DNA of 64,000 nucleotides from an uncultured Desulfospira sp. (GTDB taxonomy: Bacteria; Desulfobacterota; Desulfobacteria; Desulfobacterales; Desulfobacteraceae). Positions 9,314 to 18,359 of this stretch are shown in pieces. Position numbers and translations under genes: made by a program. The DNA is taken from the NCBI GenBank assembly GCA_963663165.1, contig OY760175.1, forward strand, positions 5,728,001-5,792,000, written 5' to 3'. Position 1 is the first letter of the stretch. Every line of letters begins with the position of its first letter. The notes below the pieces were generated by a model. The model was given only the letters and a program-made list of their open reading frames with translations, was not told where the DNA came from and searched no databases.

Positions 9314-10452
9314 AACCGTTCCACAAGCTTGTCGATCAGGTAGGAACTTTCCCTTAACGCCTGTTCACTGAAGGGGCCGAACCACTCGGCAATCTCTTTG
9401 AACCGTTCAATAAACAGGGATTTATCGTTGGTCTCCAGCATTTCAAGGTGGTCTGCCATGGACCCAACAAAATTTTTGAGCAGTTCCCGGCGCTGGGGCG
9501 TGGCAAAAATGATTTCGGCATACAGTCCCGGGTCCTGGGCAAACAGCCGTCCCACCATGCCCAGCTCAAGCCGGTAAATGGGGCTTGAAAACATCAGGGT
9601 GCGGTCAATATCGGTTTTCTGCCGATATAAAAACTGCCCGAAACTGAAGGCGGCAAAGTGGCGAAGGGCCTGGACCATTTCCATGATCCGGTCGTGTTCT
9701 TCGGGAGTGGCTTTGACCAGCACCGCCCCCCAAAGCCCGATCTGATCCTTGACCCAGAGACAGGATTCGTAATCCCTGGCCGGGGTGACCACGACAATCT
9801 GCTTGTCCAGGGTGCCGGATATGGGGCCAAAGAGGGGATGGATACCCAGTACCGGCCCCTTGTGGCAGGAGAGCATTTTCTTTACCGGCTTTTCCTTGAC
9901 ACTGGTCAGGTCGGCCAGCACCGCATGGGAAGGCAAAAAGGGCGCAATCTTTTCAATTACGGCTTCGGTGGCCTCAATGGGAACGCTCACCAGGGCAAGG
10001 TCAATGTCCCGGCACAGGCCTGATGCCTGGTCCCAGTCGTTTTGTTCAAGGATCCGGACCTCATACTTTGATTTTTCAAACAGCCGGGCAAAAAGGGACC
10101 CCATCTCTCCCTTGCCGCCAATGACCAGGACCCGGGCCCCCGGCCGCATGGCGCCTGCCAGCATCTTTTCGGTCTGCCGGGTTCGGGACTGGCGCAGGAT
10201 CAGGCGGTAAAGGTCTTCCATAAAGTCCGGATTTACGCCCGCTGTTTCAGCCTTTTCCCTGAGCCGTGAGATCAGGTCCTCTTCCCTGGCCGGGTGGTAA
10301 ACCTGCACATTGCAGGCCTTTTTAAGGGCAAATACCTTTTCTACCTGTTCCTGCCTCTGGGTTAACAAAGAAAGGATCTGGGCATCGATCCGGTCAATTT
10401 CATCCCGGATGGGTTCAATTTGTGTTTGAAAGTTTTGAAGATCTTTTTCCAT
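9310..10452 (-). CDS. tyrA: Bifunctional chorismate mutase/prephenate dehydrogenase
   Basis: AroQ domain (IRDEIDRIDAQIL, REED), GGKGEMG Rossmann motif, HPLFGP, QALRH. Confidence 0.93.
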   Translation of the reverse strand: MEKDLQNFQTQIEPIRDEIDRIDAQILSLLTQRQEQVEKVFALKKACNVQVYHPAREEDLISRLREKAETAGVNPDFMEDLYRLILRQSRTRQTEKMLAGAMRPGARVLVIGGKGEMGSLFARLFEKSKYEVRILEQNDWDQASGLCRDIDLALVSVPIEATEAVIEKIAPFLPSHAVLADLTSVKEKPVKKMLSCHKGPVLGIHPLFGPISGTLDKQIVVVTPARDYESCLWVKDQIGLWGAVLVKATPEEHDRIMEMVQALRHFAAFSFGQFLYRQKTDIDRTLMFSSPIYRLELGMVGRLFAQDPGLYAEIIFATPQRRELLKNFVGSMADHLEMLETNDKSLFIERFKEIAEWFGPFSEQALRESSYLIDKLVERF

Positions 10453-10546
10453 GTTTAAGTCTATGCGTTACCGGTTGTTAATCTGCCTTGAGAACGAACT
10501 GAAAAATATCAGCTTTGTCCGTAATTCTCAATTATAAATTGATGGA

Positions 10547-11332
10547 TTAGACCATTCCTTTTTTCCGGAAAGTCCGGCCCAGAACGAGGTCCATGACCCA
10601 GAAAAGCAGCACCGGCAAAAATAAAAAAATCAGGGTCAGGACAGCGGCCAGGGAGCGGTTGGAGGAATTGAGCAGGGGAAACAGGTATCCGGTAAACGAG
10701 GGAACGCTTCCCCCGCCGATTAAAAATACCAGGAAATATTCGGAAAATGCCACCAGAAAAACCACGCTGGCACCGGCGGCCATGGCCGGCAGCAGCAGCG
10801 GCAGTTCCACCCGGATCAGGGTTTGCCATGGGGTTGCCCCAAGGTTTCTGGCGCAAAGGCCGGGCCCGGTTCCCACGGCCTGGAACCCGGCGGCCAGGGC
10901 CTGGAGCATATAGGGATAGGTGACCATGGACAGGATGGCCACCACGCCCCCGAAGGTATCGGACAGCCCCACTTTGATGAACACGAAATGAAGCCCCATG
11001 GCAAAGGCCATGGGCGGCACCAGGGCCGGGGTCAGCAGCAGCCCCTCCACCAGGGGTTTGGCCGGGAAATCATGCCGGGCAAGGACCATGGCCGGAAACA
11101 GGCTCATGGCAAAGGTGACCGGTACCGTGAAAAGGGAATAGGCAGCCGAAACCATGAGGCTTTCCAGGATCGGGGCCCGGTTCTGGACAAGAAATAAAAA
11201 TGCCTGGAAATTCAACTGCAGGGGCCAGACATGGGGGAACCGCCAGCCCGGGGCCAGGGCGCAAATCATAAGCACCATCACCGGAAAAACAAACAGGGCA
11301 AACAAAATCAGAAAAAAGACCCCATGCTTCAT
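10547..11332 (-). CDS. ABC transporter permease
   Basis: Six TM segments; EAA-like loop ARNLGA. Confidence 0.88.
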   Translation of the reverse strand: MKHGVFFLILFALFVFPVMVLMICALAPGWRFPHVWPLQLNFQAFLFLVQNRAPILESLMVSAAYSLFTVPVTFAMSLFPAMVLARHDFPAKPLVEGLLLTPALVPPMAFAMGLHFVFIKVGLSDTFGGVVAILSMVTYPYMLQALAAGFQAVGTGPGLCARNLGATPWQTLIRVELPLLLPAMAAGASVVFLVAFSEYFLVFLIGGGSVPSFTGYLFPLLNSSNRSLAAVLTLIFLFLPVLLFWVMDLVLGRTFRKKGMV

Positions 11333-12204
11333 AATTTCCTGCCCCCCCGTTCCATGCGGCTGACAATTCGCGAGTAAAGGGCAATGAACCCAACGGCAAA
11401 AATAAACATGACCACCAGGGCGGCCATGGCCTCGGGCCGCCGTTCAAGGTCATGCTTAAAGTAAAGATTGTACACATGGATGCTCACCATGCCGGGCCGA
11501 CTCTCGCTTAACAGATAGGGGATGTCAAAGGCCCCGAAACTGTATAGGAACAGGATGATGAACCCGGTATGCATGGCCGGGGCAAGCCGTGGCAGGATAA
11601 TCTTAAAAAAAATGGTTGTCCCGGATGCGCCGAGCATGACAGCGGTCCGGACCTGGCGGATGTCAAACCCGGATAGCTGGGCCAGACACAGGAGCATGAC
11701 AAAAGGGGTTCCCTTAAGGCCGTAGGCCAGAATCATGCCAAGGCCGTACCCTGAATAGAGCAGGTTGGGAAACTGGTCCATGTCCCGGATCAGCCCTAAG
11801 GACCAGGCGGCCGATGACATCAACCCGGACCGGCTCCAGAACAGCATGACCAGAAACGCCACGGCAATATGGGGCAGGATCAAAGGGATTTTGTAGACCA
11901 GGGCCAGGCCCTTGAGCCGTTCCGGCAGCCGCCAGACCCCGTATCCCAGAAGGGTCCCGGCGGCTACCGATATGACAGCGGAGCATCCCCCCACCTGGAC
12001 GGAAAACAAAAACGATTTGCTGAACCAGCCTTTTGAAAACAAGGTGGCATAGGCATCCCAAAGACCTCCGGTGTAAGGCAGGGGGGTCAGTATCCCCAAG
12101 GACTGGCAAAGGGTTAACACCACCCCGCCGCAAAACAGCACGGCATAGGGGATCAGCAAAGGGCATAACCCTAAAGCAATAGGATGCCGGTTACTCCAGG
12201 ACAT
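11329..12204 (-). CDS. ABC transporter permease
   Basis: TM segments; EAA-like TAVMLGA; likely start MSWSNRHP overlapping the end of the binding-protein gene. Confidence 0.85.
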   Translation of the reverse strand: MSWSNRHPIALGLCPLLIPYAVLFCGGVVLTLCQSLGILTPLPYTGGLWDAYATLFSKGWFSKSFLFSVQVGGCSAVISVAAGTLLGYGVWRLPERLKGLALVYKIPLILPHIAVAFLVMLFWSRSGLMSSAAWSLGLIRDMDQFPNLLYSGYGLGMILAYGLKGTPFVMLLCLAQLSGFDIRQVRTAVMLGASGTTIFFKIILPRLAPAMHTGFIILFLYSFGAFDIPYLLSESRPGMVSIHVYNLYFKHDLERRPEAMAALVVMFIFAVGFIALYSRIVSRMERGGRKL

Positions 12205-13411
12205 GGGCCTTCCAGCCCTGTTCCAGGGCTTCAAGATAGGGGGCCGGGATTTCGGGAACCGCCACGGGGGCCAACTGGGCAGGCCCCAAGGTGGCCGGAC
12301 CAAGATCCACATTCTCAAAGGCTTCTTGTTCCTTTTTGGTCAGCCGGGACATGGAAAGGGCCGGAAAATCTCCCCAGGCTTTGGGATCATATTTAGACAG
12401 CTGGGCCGTAACCCCGATGAGAAAATCGGCCAAAACCATGGCCCCGGCCTTGTTGGGCGCGTTAAAGGGAATGGCTGTAAAATGGGTGTTGTAAAGGGAA
12501 CCGTCGGTCATCACAAAGGTCCTGACCGTGGCCGGATAGGTGCCTTCCAGGATCTTGTTCTGGGCATGGGGGGGATGGTAGCTCATGCAAAAGGCCACCT
12601 CTCCCCTTGAAAACAGGGTATCAAGACCGGCACTGTCCTTGGGATAGGTTTGCCCCTTCTGCCATAAAAAAGGCTCAATTTCGTTGAGAAAGGCCCACAG
12701 TTTTGGGGCGTTTTGGTCAAACAGGGCCTGGTCAAATCCGTTCATATACTGCTCGTGGCCGCCGGTGACCGCGTAAAACACCTGGCGGATAAAGGCGGAA
12801 CCGGTAAAGTCCGGGGGCTGGGGATAGGTGAATTTTCCGGGGTGGGCCTTGATCCACTGTTTCAAGGCTTCAAAACTTTTGGGCGGTGCGGGCATGGCGG
12901 CTGTATCATACTCAAATACAAACTGGGCCCGGCCATAAGGGACCTCGTATCCGTCCACAGGAAAACCAAAATCAAAGGCCATGGTGTCAGGATCTACATT
13001 TCGGATAACATTGGGCAGTTTGGGGGCAATAGGGCCGAACAACAGATCCGCCTGCCGGGCATTTTTAAAGTTTTCCCCATTGATCCATAAAAGATCAATG
13101 TTCCCCTTGGTTTTTCCGGCCGCTTTTTCATTGAGCAGTTTATTGATAAACACCCCGGCGTCCATGGGAACCCGGATTAAGCGGATATCAAATCGGTTTT
13201 TCATCTGCCCGGCCACCCAGGTGTCCACCCAGGTGTTGACATGGGCCCATCCCCCGAACATATACCATCTGACCGTGGTGCCCCGGGCCTCTTGGGTGAT
13301 GGCGTCAAAGGATTGGTTGAGCAGGGGTTCCCCTGCGGCAAGGGCAGGGGAACCCCCGCCCCGGCAGATCAGAAATATGAACAACAGGGCAAATAAACAT
13401 TTTTTTGTCAT
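12191..13411 (-). CDS. ABC transporter substrate-binding protein, YnjB-like
   Basis: IDLLWINGENF, FTYPQPPDFTG and NTHFTAIPFNA motifs; signal peptide. Confidence 0.85.
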   Translation of the reverse strand: MTKKCLFALLFIFLICRGGGSPALAAGEPLLNQSFDAITQEARGTTVRWYMFGGWAHVNTWVDTWVAGQMKNRFDIRLIRVPMDAGVFINKLLNEKAAGKTKGNIDLLWINGENFKNARQADLLFGPIAPKLPNVIRNVDPDTMAFDFGFPVDGYEVPYGRAQFVFEYDTAAMPAPPKSFEALKQWIKAHPGKFTYPQPPDFTGSAFIRQVFYAVTGGHEQYMNGFDQALFDQNAPKLWAFLNEIEPFLWQKGQTYPKDSAGLDTLFSRGEVAFCMSYHPPHAQNKILEGTYPATVRTFVMTDGSLYNTHFTAIPFNAPNKAGAMVLADFLIGVTAQLSKYDPKAWGDFPALSMSRLTKKEQEAFENVDLGPATLGPAQLAPVAVPEIPAPYLEALEQGWKAHVLE

Positions 13412-13423
13412 GGCAGCTCCAAA

Positions 13424-14371
13424 TTATTTAAATTCAGGTTTCAGCCCAAGCCTGACCCGGCAGCCCGGCGCCAACCGGGCCTTCTGGCTGTATACGGTAA
13501 AGCTTGAATCGTTCAGGGCAATGGTATAGGCGGTGTAGTGGCCGGCAAACATTTTTTCTATAATTTTTCCCGGTCCCTGGTCCGCAGGCTCCACGGCAAG
13601 GGCCTCGGGCCGGGCCAGAATTTCCGGTTCCCGGCTGTTGATATCAAAAAGGGGGTACAATGTCCCGGGGATAATATTGACAGGCCCCAAGAATTTGGCC
13701 ACTTCCCGGGAAACCGGGTGATAATAGGTCTGTTCCGGGGTGTCAAACTGCCGGAGCCTGCCCCCTAACAAGACCCCGATCCGGTCGGACATGGCAAAGG
13801 CCTCGGACAGATCGTGGGTGACGCTGATGGTGGGAATGTTAAATTCCTGCTGGGTCTGCCGGATGAACCGGGCCGTCTCCATTTTCAGGTTCCGGTCCAG
13901 ATTGGCAAAGGGTTCGTCTAAAAGCAGGACCCCCGGGTTCACGATCATGGCCCGGGCAATGGCCACCCGCTGTTTCTGGCCGGCAGACAGCTGGGCCGGG
14001 TAAAGGCGGGCCTGGCCGGTAAGTCCGAAATAGTCCAGCATCCGGCCCACCTCTTTTTTAATGGCAGATGAAGACCGCTTTCGGGCCTTGAGGCCGAACC
14101 CGATGTTCTGGGAGACGGTCATGGCGGCAAACAGCACATAATCCTGGAACACCATGATAACGGGGCTTTCTTTAGAGGGAGGTGAAGAAAAGATCACCCG
14201 GCCTGTATCCGGCGGTTCCATTCCGGCAATGATGTTCAAAAGGGTGGTCTTGCCCCCCCCGGAAGGCCCCACAATGGAAACCAGTTCCTCAGTGCCCACA
14301 CCAAAGCTGATCTCTTTGAGGACGGCCCGCTTTTTAAAGGATTTGCCTATGCTGTCGAGTTCAAGATCCAT
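13424..14371 (-). CDS. ABC transporter ATP-binding protein
   Basis: GPSGGGKT, LSAGQKQR, LLLDEP; C-terminal TOBE-like region. Confidence 0.92.
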   Translation of the reverse strand: MDLELDSIGKSFKKRAVLKEISFGVGTEELVSIVGPSGGGKTTLLNIIAGMEPPDTGRVIFSSPPSKESPVIMVFQDYVLFAAMTVSQNIGFGLKARKRSSSAIKKEVGRMLDYFGLTGQARLYPAQLSAGQKQRVAIARAMIVNPGVLLLDEPFANLDRNLKMETARFIRQTQQEFNIPTISVTHDLSEAFAMSDRIGVLLGGRLRQFDTPEQTYYHPVSREVAKFLGPVNIIPGTLYPLFDINSREPEILARPEALAVEPADQGPGKIIEKMFAGHYTAYTIALNDSSFTVYSQKARLAPGCRVRLGLKPEFK

Positions 14372-15345
14372 GGGATATCATCCAGGTACTGCCTGATTTT
14401 TTTAAAGGTGTCCGGGTTCTGTAAGGGGCGGTCGGTTTGTGTATACTCATAAAAAGCCATAAAACACCAGGACAGAGCCCGCAGCAGAATGGTTTTTTCA
14501 AGAACCGTTGTGGCCTGCCGGATCTGTGACAGATCCAGGTCAAGGCCGGCCCGTGTCCGGTAAATGGAAAGAAACCGGGTCTTTTCTTCTTTTGTCAGGC
14601 AGGTGTCGGTCTTCCACAGGGTGGTGGTGGGCACCAGAAAGTGGCCAAGGTCCTGGTACCTGAAGGAGACCACGGCCTTTTCCCAGTCCACCAGGAACGC
14701 GCCCTGGTCACTGATCAGAAAATTGCCGGAGTTGACTTCCGTGTTGACGATGCACAACCGGTCTTGGTCAAAGAGGTCTCTGGTGGCGTCGGCCAGTTCC
14801 AGGACATCATCGTAATAGGCCAGGATCTGATTTCGTTCTTTTTTAAGGGGATGGTCTTTATACCGTTGGATCAGGCCCAAAGATTCTTTGGCAATATCCC
14901 GGACCGGATCAGACTGGATAATCAGATTGTCCGGCAGATTGTCCGGCACCGGGACCGAATGGACCCGGGCAAAAATCGCCGCTGCCCGGTCAAGGTCCTG
15001 TTCATATACCAGGGGCTTTCCCGGTAAGAATTCCATGAGCAACGCCCCGCCCCCCAAGGGATCAGGATCAGGATGGCAGGCCAGGGGCTTTGGGGTGACG
15101 CCGGATGTTTCCAGTGCCTTGAGAACCCGGTACTCATAAGCAATCTGATCCGGCCCCAATCCCAGCTGGCTGCCGTGGTTGATCCTCAGGACGGTTTTTC
15201 CGGTCCGGCCTGTCACCAGAAAGTTGGCATTATATTCACCGGCCGCCAGAAATGAGACCGTTTCCACATCCTTAACCCAGCCGGTCCGGTTCAGGAAGGT
15301 CTTGATTTTTGGGATCATCGGGTCCTGGTTTTCCAGCGGCTTCAA
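14347..15345 (-). CDS. Aminoglycoside phosphotransferase/choline kinase-fold protein
   Basis: GEYNANF, VLRIN, LLMEFLPG, NTEVNSGNFL, LVDWE. Confidence 0.8.
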   Translation of the reverse strand: MKPLENQDPMIPKIKTFLNRTGWVKDVETVSFLAAGEYNANFLVTGRTGKTVLRINHGSQLGLGPDQIAYEYRVLKALETSGVTPKPLACHPDPDPLGGGALLMEFLPGKPLVYEQDLDRAAAIFARVHSVPVPDNLPDNLIIQSDPVRDIAKESLGLIQRYKDHPLKKERNQILAYYDDVLELADATRDLFDQDRLCIVNTEVNSGNFLISDQGAFLVDWEKAVVSFRYQDLGHFLVPTTTLWKTDTCLTKEEKTRFLSIYRTRAGLDLDLSQIRQATTVLEKTILLRALSWCFMAFYEYTQTDRPLQNPDTFKKIRQYLDDIPWILNSTA

Positions 15346-15520
15346 ATGGGTTGATTTTCCTTTTGTTTAATCTTTTTTGCATATGTTCCAAACGGTCCGG
15401 CAAATCTGCAGTTCGGTTATTCTACACACTTCACCCCATGGAGTAAATGACGTTTTGGGGGTTGATTTTAATTTATAATTCCCTATACTTGAAGGCATAA
15501 CAATAGTTTGGGAGGGGGAT

Positions 15521-16357
15521 ATGGGATTTTCAATTAACTCAAAAGCCCAGGGCGCCGGGTTCGCTTACCAGGCCCAGAAAAATCAGCAGGAATTGTCTGA
15601 ATCGCTTTTGCGCATTGCCTCAGGGCAGAAAATCAATAAAGCAGCCGACGATGCCGCGGGTATGGTCATCGCCGATCGTCTGGCCAGTCAGGCCCAGGGA
15701 ATGGCCCAGGCGTCTCAGAACGCCAGCGAGGCGGTTTCCATCACCCAGGTGACGGACGGGGCATTGGACCAGGCCACGGAACTGGTTCAGGATATCCGGG
15801 TCAAAGCCATCCAGGCCGCAGGCCCTGCCCAGAGCGCCGAGAGCCGCCAGGCCATTCAGGCCGACATTGACAGTTCTCTGAAAAATTTGTCCCAGATTTC
15901 AGACACCACCAGCTATAACGGCCAGAAACTTTTGTCCGGGGCCTTTTCAGCTCAGTCCTTCCAGACCGGGGCATCTGCCGGCGAAACCCTTGAAATGTCT
16001 TTAGGTTCCATCAGCCCGGACCAGATTTCAGATGGACAGTCCGGACTGTTGTCCAATATTGACGTGACCAGCCTGGAGGGCGCCCAGGGCGCCATTGAAG
16101 CCGCTGATGAAGCCCTTTCCTACCTTGCCTCTCAACAGGCATCAGAAGGGGCGGACCAGAACCAGCTCGAATCCAACATCAGCAACCTGTCCGTCACACG
16201 GATCAATACCCTGGCCGCCGAGTCCGATATCCGGGATCTTGACCTGGCCGAAGAAATGATCAATATGAACCAGCTCAAGCTCAAAGCCCGGGCCGTCGGT
16301 TTTGCCCAGGCTCAGGCCGGGGAGTCTGATAAGCAAATTATTGATACCCTGGAGTGA
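15521..16357 (+). CDS. Divergent orphan flagellin-family protein (278 aa)
   Basis: SGQKINKAADDAAG, YNGQKLL, AESDIRDLDLAEE; no other flagellar genes nearby. Confidence 0.85.
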   Translation: MGFSINSKAQGAGFAYQAQKNQQELSESLLRIASGQKINKAADDAAGMVIADRLASQAQGMAQASQNASEAVSITQVTDGALDQATELVQDIRVKAIQAAGPAQSAESRQAIQADIDSSLKNLSQISDTTSYNGQKLLSGAFSAQSFQTGASAGETLEMSLGSISPDQISDGQSGLLSNIDVTSLEGAQGAIEAADEALSYLASQQASEGADQNQLESNISNLSVTRINTLAAESDIRDLDLAEEMINMNQLKLKARAVGFAQAQAGESDKQIIDTLE

Positions 16358-16488
16358 TTGGGGCCGGTGGGAAAGTGAGAATGTGGGCGGGTGAACTCGC
16401 CTGAATTTCCGACGGCCTTCACTCTTTGGGGGCCACCGCCTGGGACTCAAAAGAAAAATTTATTGTAGGTCAAGGCGGTCGATCGTGG

Positions 16489-16538
16489 ACATGTTTTGTC
16501 TTGCCAAATGATCTCATCCTTGACAAGACAAAACATGT
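16489..16538. repeat. Inverted repeat ACATGTTTTGTCTTG...CAAGACAAAACATGT
   Basis: 15-bp perfect arms, 19 bp with one mismatch; right arm includes TTGACA. Confidence 0.7.
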
Positions 16539-16763
16539 ATGTTGTATTGGTGGTCAGGATGTTAAAGGTTGTTTTATGTGAAGGTTCTATGGGTTAAATT
16601 TGAATCATGTAATGAACTTCAAAAAAAATTACTGTGATTGCCGCACATGATTGAACTTCTTTAATTGTAATGAAAATAGATTCCGGAAACCGCTATCTGG
16701 CATGACAGAAAGCATCTCGAAAATTGTCTAATCCTACTGGAGAAAGCCCAAAAGGAGGATTTT

Positions 16764-16949
16764 ATGAAATTACGAGATTTATTTGTCCCCAAATATGTTC
16801 ATTCTGATCCAAACGTTCGGATTAAATTTATTAATAAGACTGACGACACGGTCCTGCTCAAATCCATAATAGAAAATGACCAAGACGAGTCAGTCATCCA
16901 GGCTGCCAGAGAAAGACTCCAGGCTCTGACGGTCTCACATTCCGATTAA
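16764..16949 (+). CDS. Small hypothetical protein with a HEAT-like helical motif (61 aa)
   Basis: Strong RBS AAAGGAGG; PKYVHSDPNVR...DQDESVIQAA pattern. Confidence 0.7.
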   Translation: MKLRDLFVPKYVHSDPNVRIKFINKTDDTVLLKSIIENDQDESVIQAARERLQALTVSHSD

Positions 16950-17170
16950 GACAGCGAATTTTTGGATGTGTCATGCAACCCGGATTAGATATTAGCTCCC
17001 CTTGCGATTAAGGTGTACACTGCATCCGTGGAACCTTCATTTTTCAAATTTTGAATCATTGAGAAAAAATATCTTCGCCAGAAACCATGTCTGCATATAC
17101 AATTCCGACACCATTCAGGTGACACCATTCCAGTGATACGAGACAAAACTATCATTTTTATCTTGGTACT

Positions 17171-17375
17171 TGTCCCCTAAGGTATATCAAGACGGATTTT
17201 TTTAATTCTGTTGCCATATCAAAATAAACCAACATGTATGCATATGAGGCCTATTTTCTGGCTTGCGCTGATTCCTGAAAAAATAGCCACCTCTCCCTTA
17301 AATGTGCCTTCTATCAAGGCGGACATTACATCAAAAGAAATAGTGGATATCGTTCGCGAGGGTCGGGAAAGATAG
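17171..17375 (+). pseudogene. Decayed type II toxin-antitoxin pair: PIN (VapC-like) toxin fragment joined to the C-terminus of a Phd/YefM-like antitoxin
   Basis: PLRYIKTDF...ISK*TNMYAYEAYFLACA, then in another frame LIPEKIATSPLNVPSIKADITSKEIVDIVREGRER*. Confidence 0.65.
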
Positions 17376-17481
17376 AACAATCCGCTGCAAGCCGTCCCGG
17401 CGGGCGGTCTTGTTTTTAAAAGCGCCGGGCCTTTGAAAAAAAATGTCTTCTATGACCGGCTTAGCATGTCGTCTTTTTTTT

Positions 17482-17754
17482 TTATAAGAAAGATATCAAT
17501 AAGCTATTGAGTTCTTTCGACTTTTGTTGTGGGTTGTACCTCAGTGCTGATATGTCAGGTCAGCCCGTGGCTGTTATATGAAAGTCTCACTAACAGCGTG
17601 ATAAGACTTTCATTATTCGTTGTGGGCGATACTTGGTTGGATAACCAAGGCGGCCCGTGGCCGTTATATGAAAGAATCTGCAAGCTGCTGTAATTCTTTC
17701 ATGCTTTGTTGTGGGCCGAACCGGATTAACAATCCAATCGGCCCGTGGCCGTTA
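17482..17754. repeat. Tandem array of three ~90-bp units, each with two hairpins (GAAAG..CTTTC; GTTGTGGG..CCCGTGGC) and variable interiors
   Basis: GAAAG at 17488/17580/17670; GTTGTGGG at 17526/17619/17708; CCCGTGGCYGTTA at 17564/17654/17742. Confidence 0.85.
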
Positions 17755-18235
17755 GTTCGGATTTTATGGCCCTGATTCTTTCTTCAATGTCAAAGGCGTT
17801 GATGTCCTGACCCGGAAAAATGGCGATTCTTTTATACAGTTCGAGCAGCTCTTTTTCCAGTTTGACCGGCCTTGCCTTTTCAATGGAGAAATAGGCAAAC
17901 ATGGTGAGCATGACGGATTTGACCTGTTTTTCCTTGGGGCTGATCATGACAAACTCAACCAGGTTTCTTAAGGCATCAAAGGTGAGCATCCGGCTCCAGA
18001 TTTCTAAGTCTTCTCCCATGCGGGCAGGTTTGAGATACCGGATGTTGTGGGAGACCACGGCCCAGCCTTTTCCTGTTTTTTTCGCATGTTCAAAAACATC
18101 CAGGATGTGGTTGGTTCTCAGCTGTTCTTCCCTGGCATTGAGGAAATAGCTCAGGTAATGGGCATTGTTCAGATGGGAATAAGGATCACAGTCTTCAAAA
18201 TTGACCCTTTTTATACTTTTCATGGCCTGTTGCAT
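17726..18235 (-). CDS. Acyl-CoA thioesterase (hot-dog fold)
   Basis: DCDPYSHLNNAHYLSYFLNARE motif. Confidence 0.88.
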   Translation of the reverse strand: MQQAMKSIKRVNFEDCDPYSHLNNAHYLSYFLNAREEQLRTNHILDVFEHAKKTGKGWAVVSHNIRYLKPARMGEDLEIWSRMLTFDALRNLVEFVMISPKEKQVKSVMLTMFAYFSIEKARPVKLEKELLELYKRIAIFPGQDINAFDIEERIRAIKSELTATGRLDC

Positions 18236-18359
18236 GGGGCTTATTTATAGAACCGGCGATGAAAATACAAGAGAAAATAATGGGCTTGATCCCGAGGCTG
18301 GTTTGTGGGAAGGTAGACATACCTTCAAACCGCTCCGCCAAACAATATGGAGCCATGCC

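Noticed and set aside
16985..17059. Minus-strand ankyrin-like fragment (DAVYTLIARGANI)
   Set aside because: Only one partial repeat of 24 aa, so it could be chance.
17107..17136. Direct repeat GACACCATTC x2
   Set aside because: Too short, with only two copies and no context to assign a function.
17482..17754. CRISPR array interpretation of the 90-bp repeats
   Set aside because: There are two alternating conserved blocks per unit, the variable parts are self-complementary, and no cas genes are in the window.
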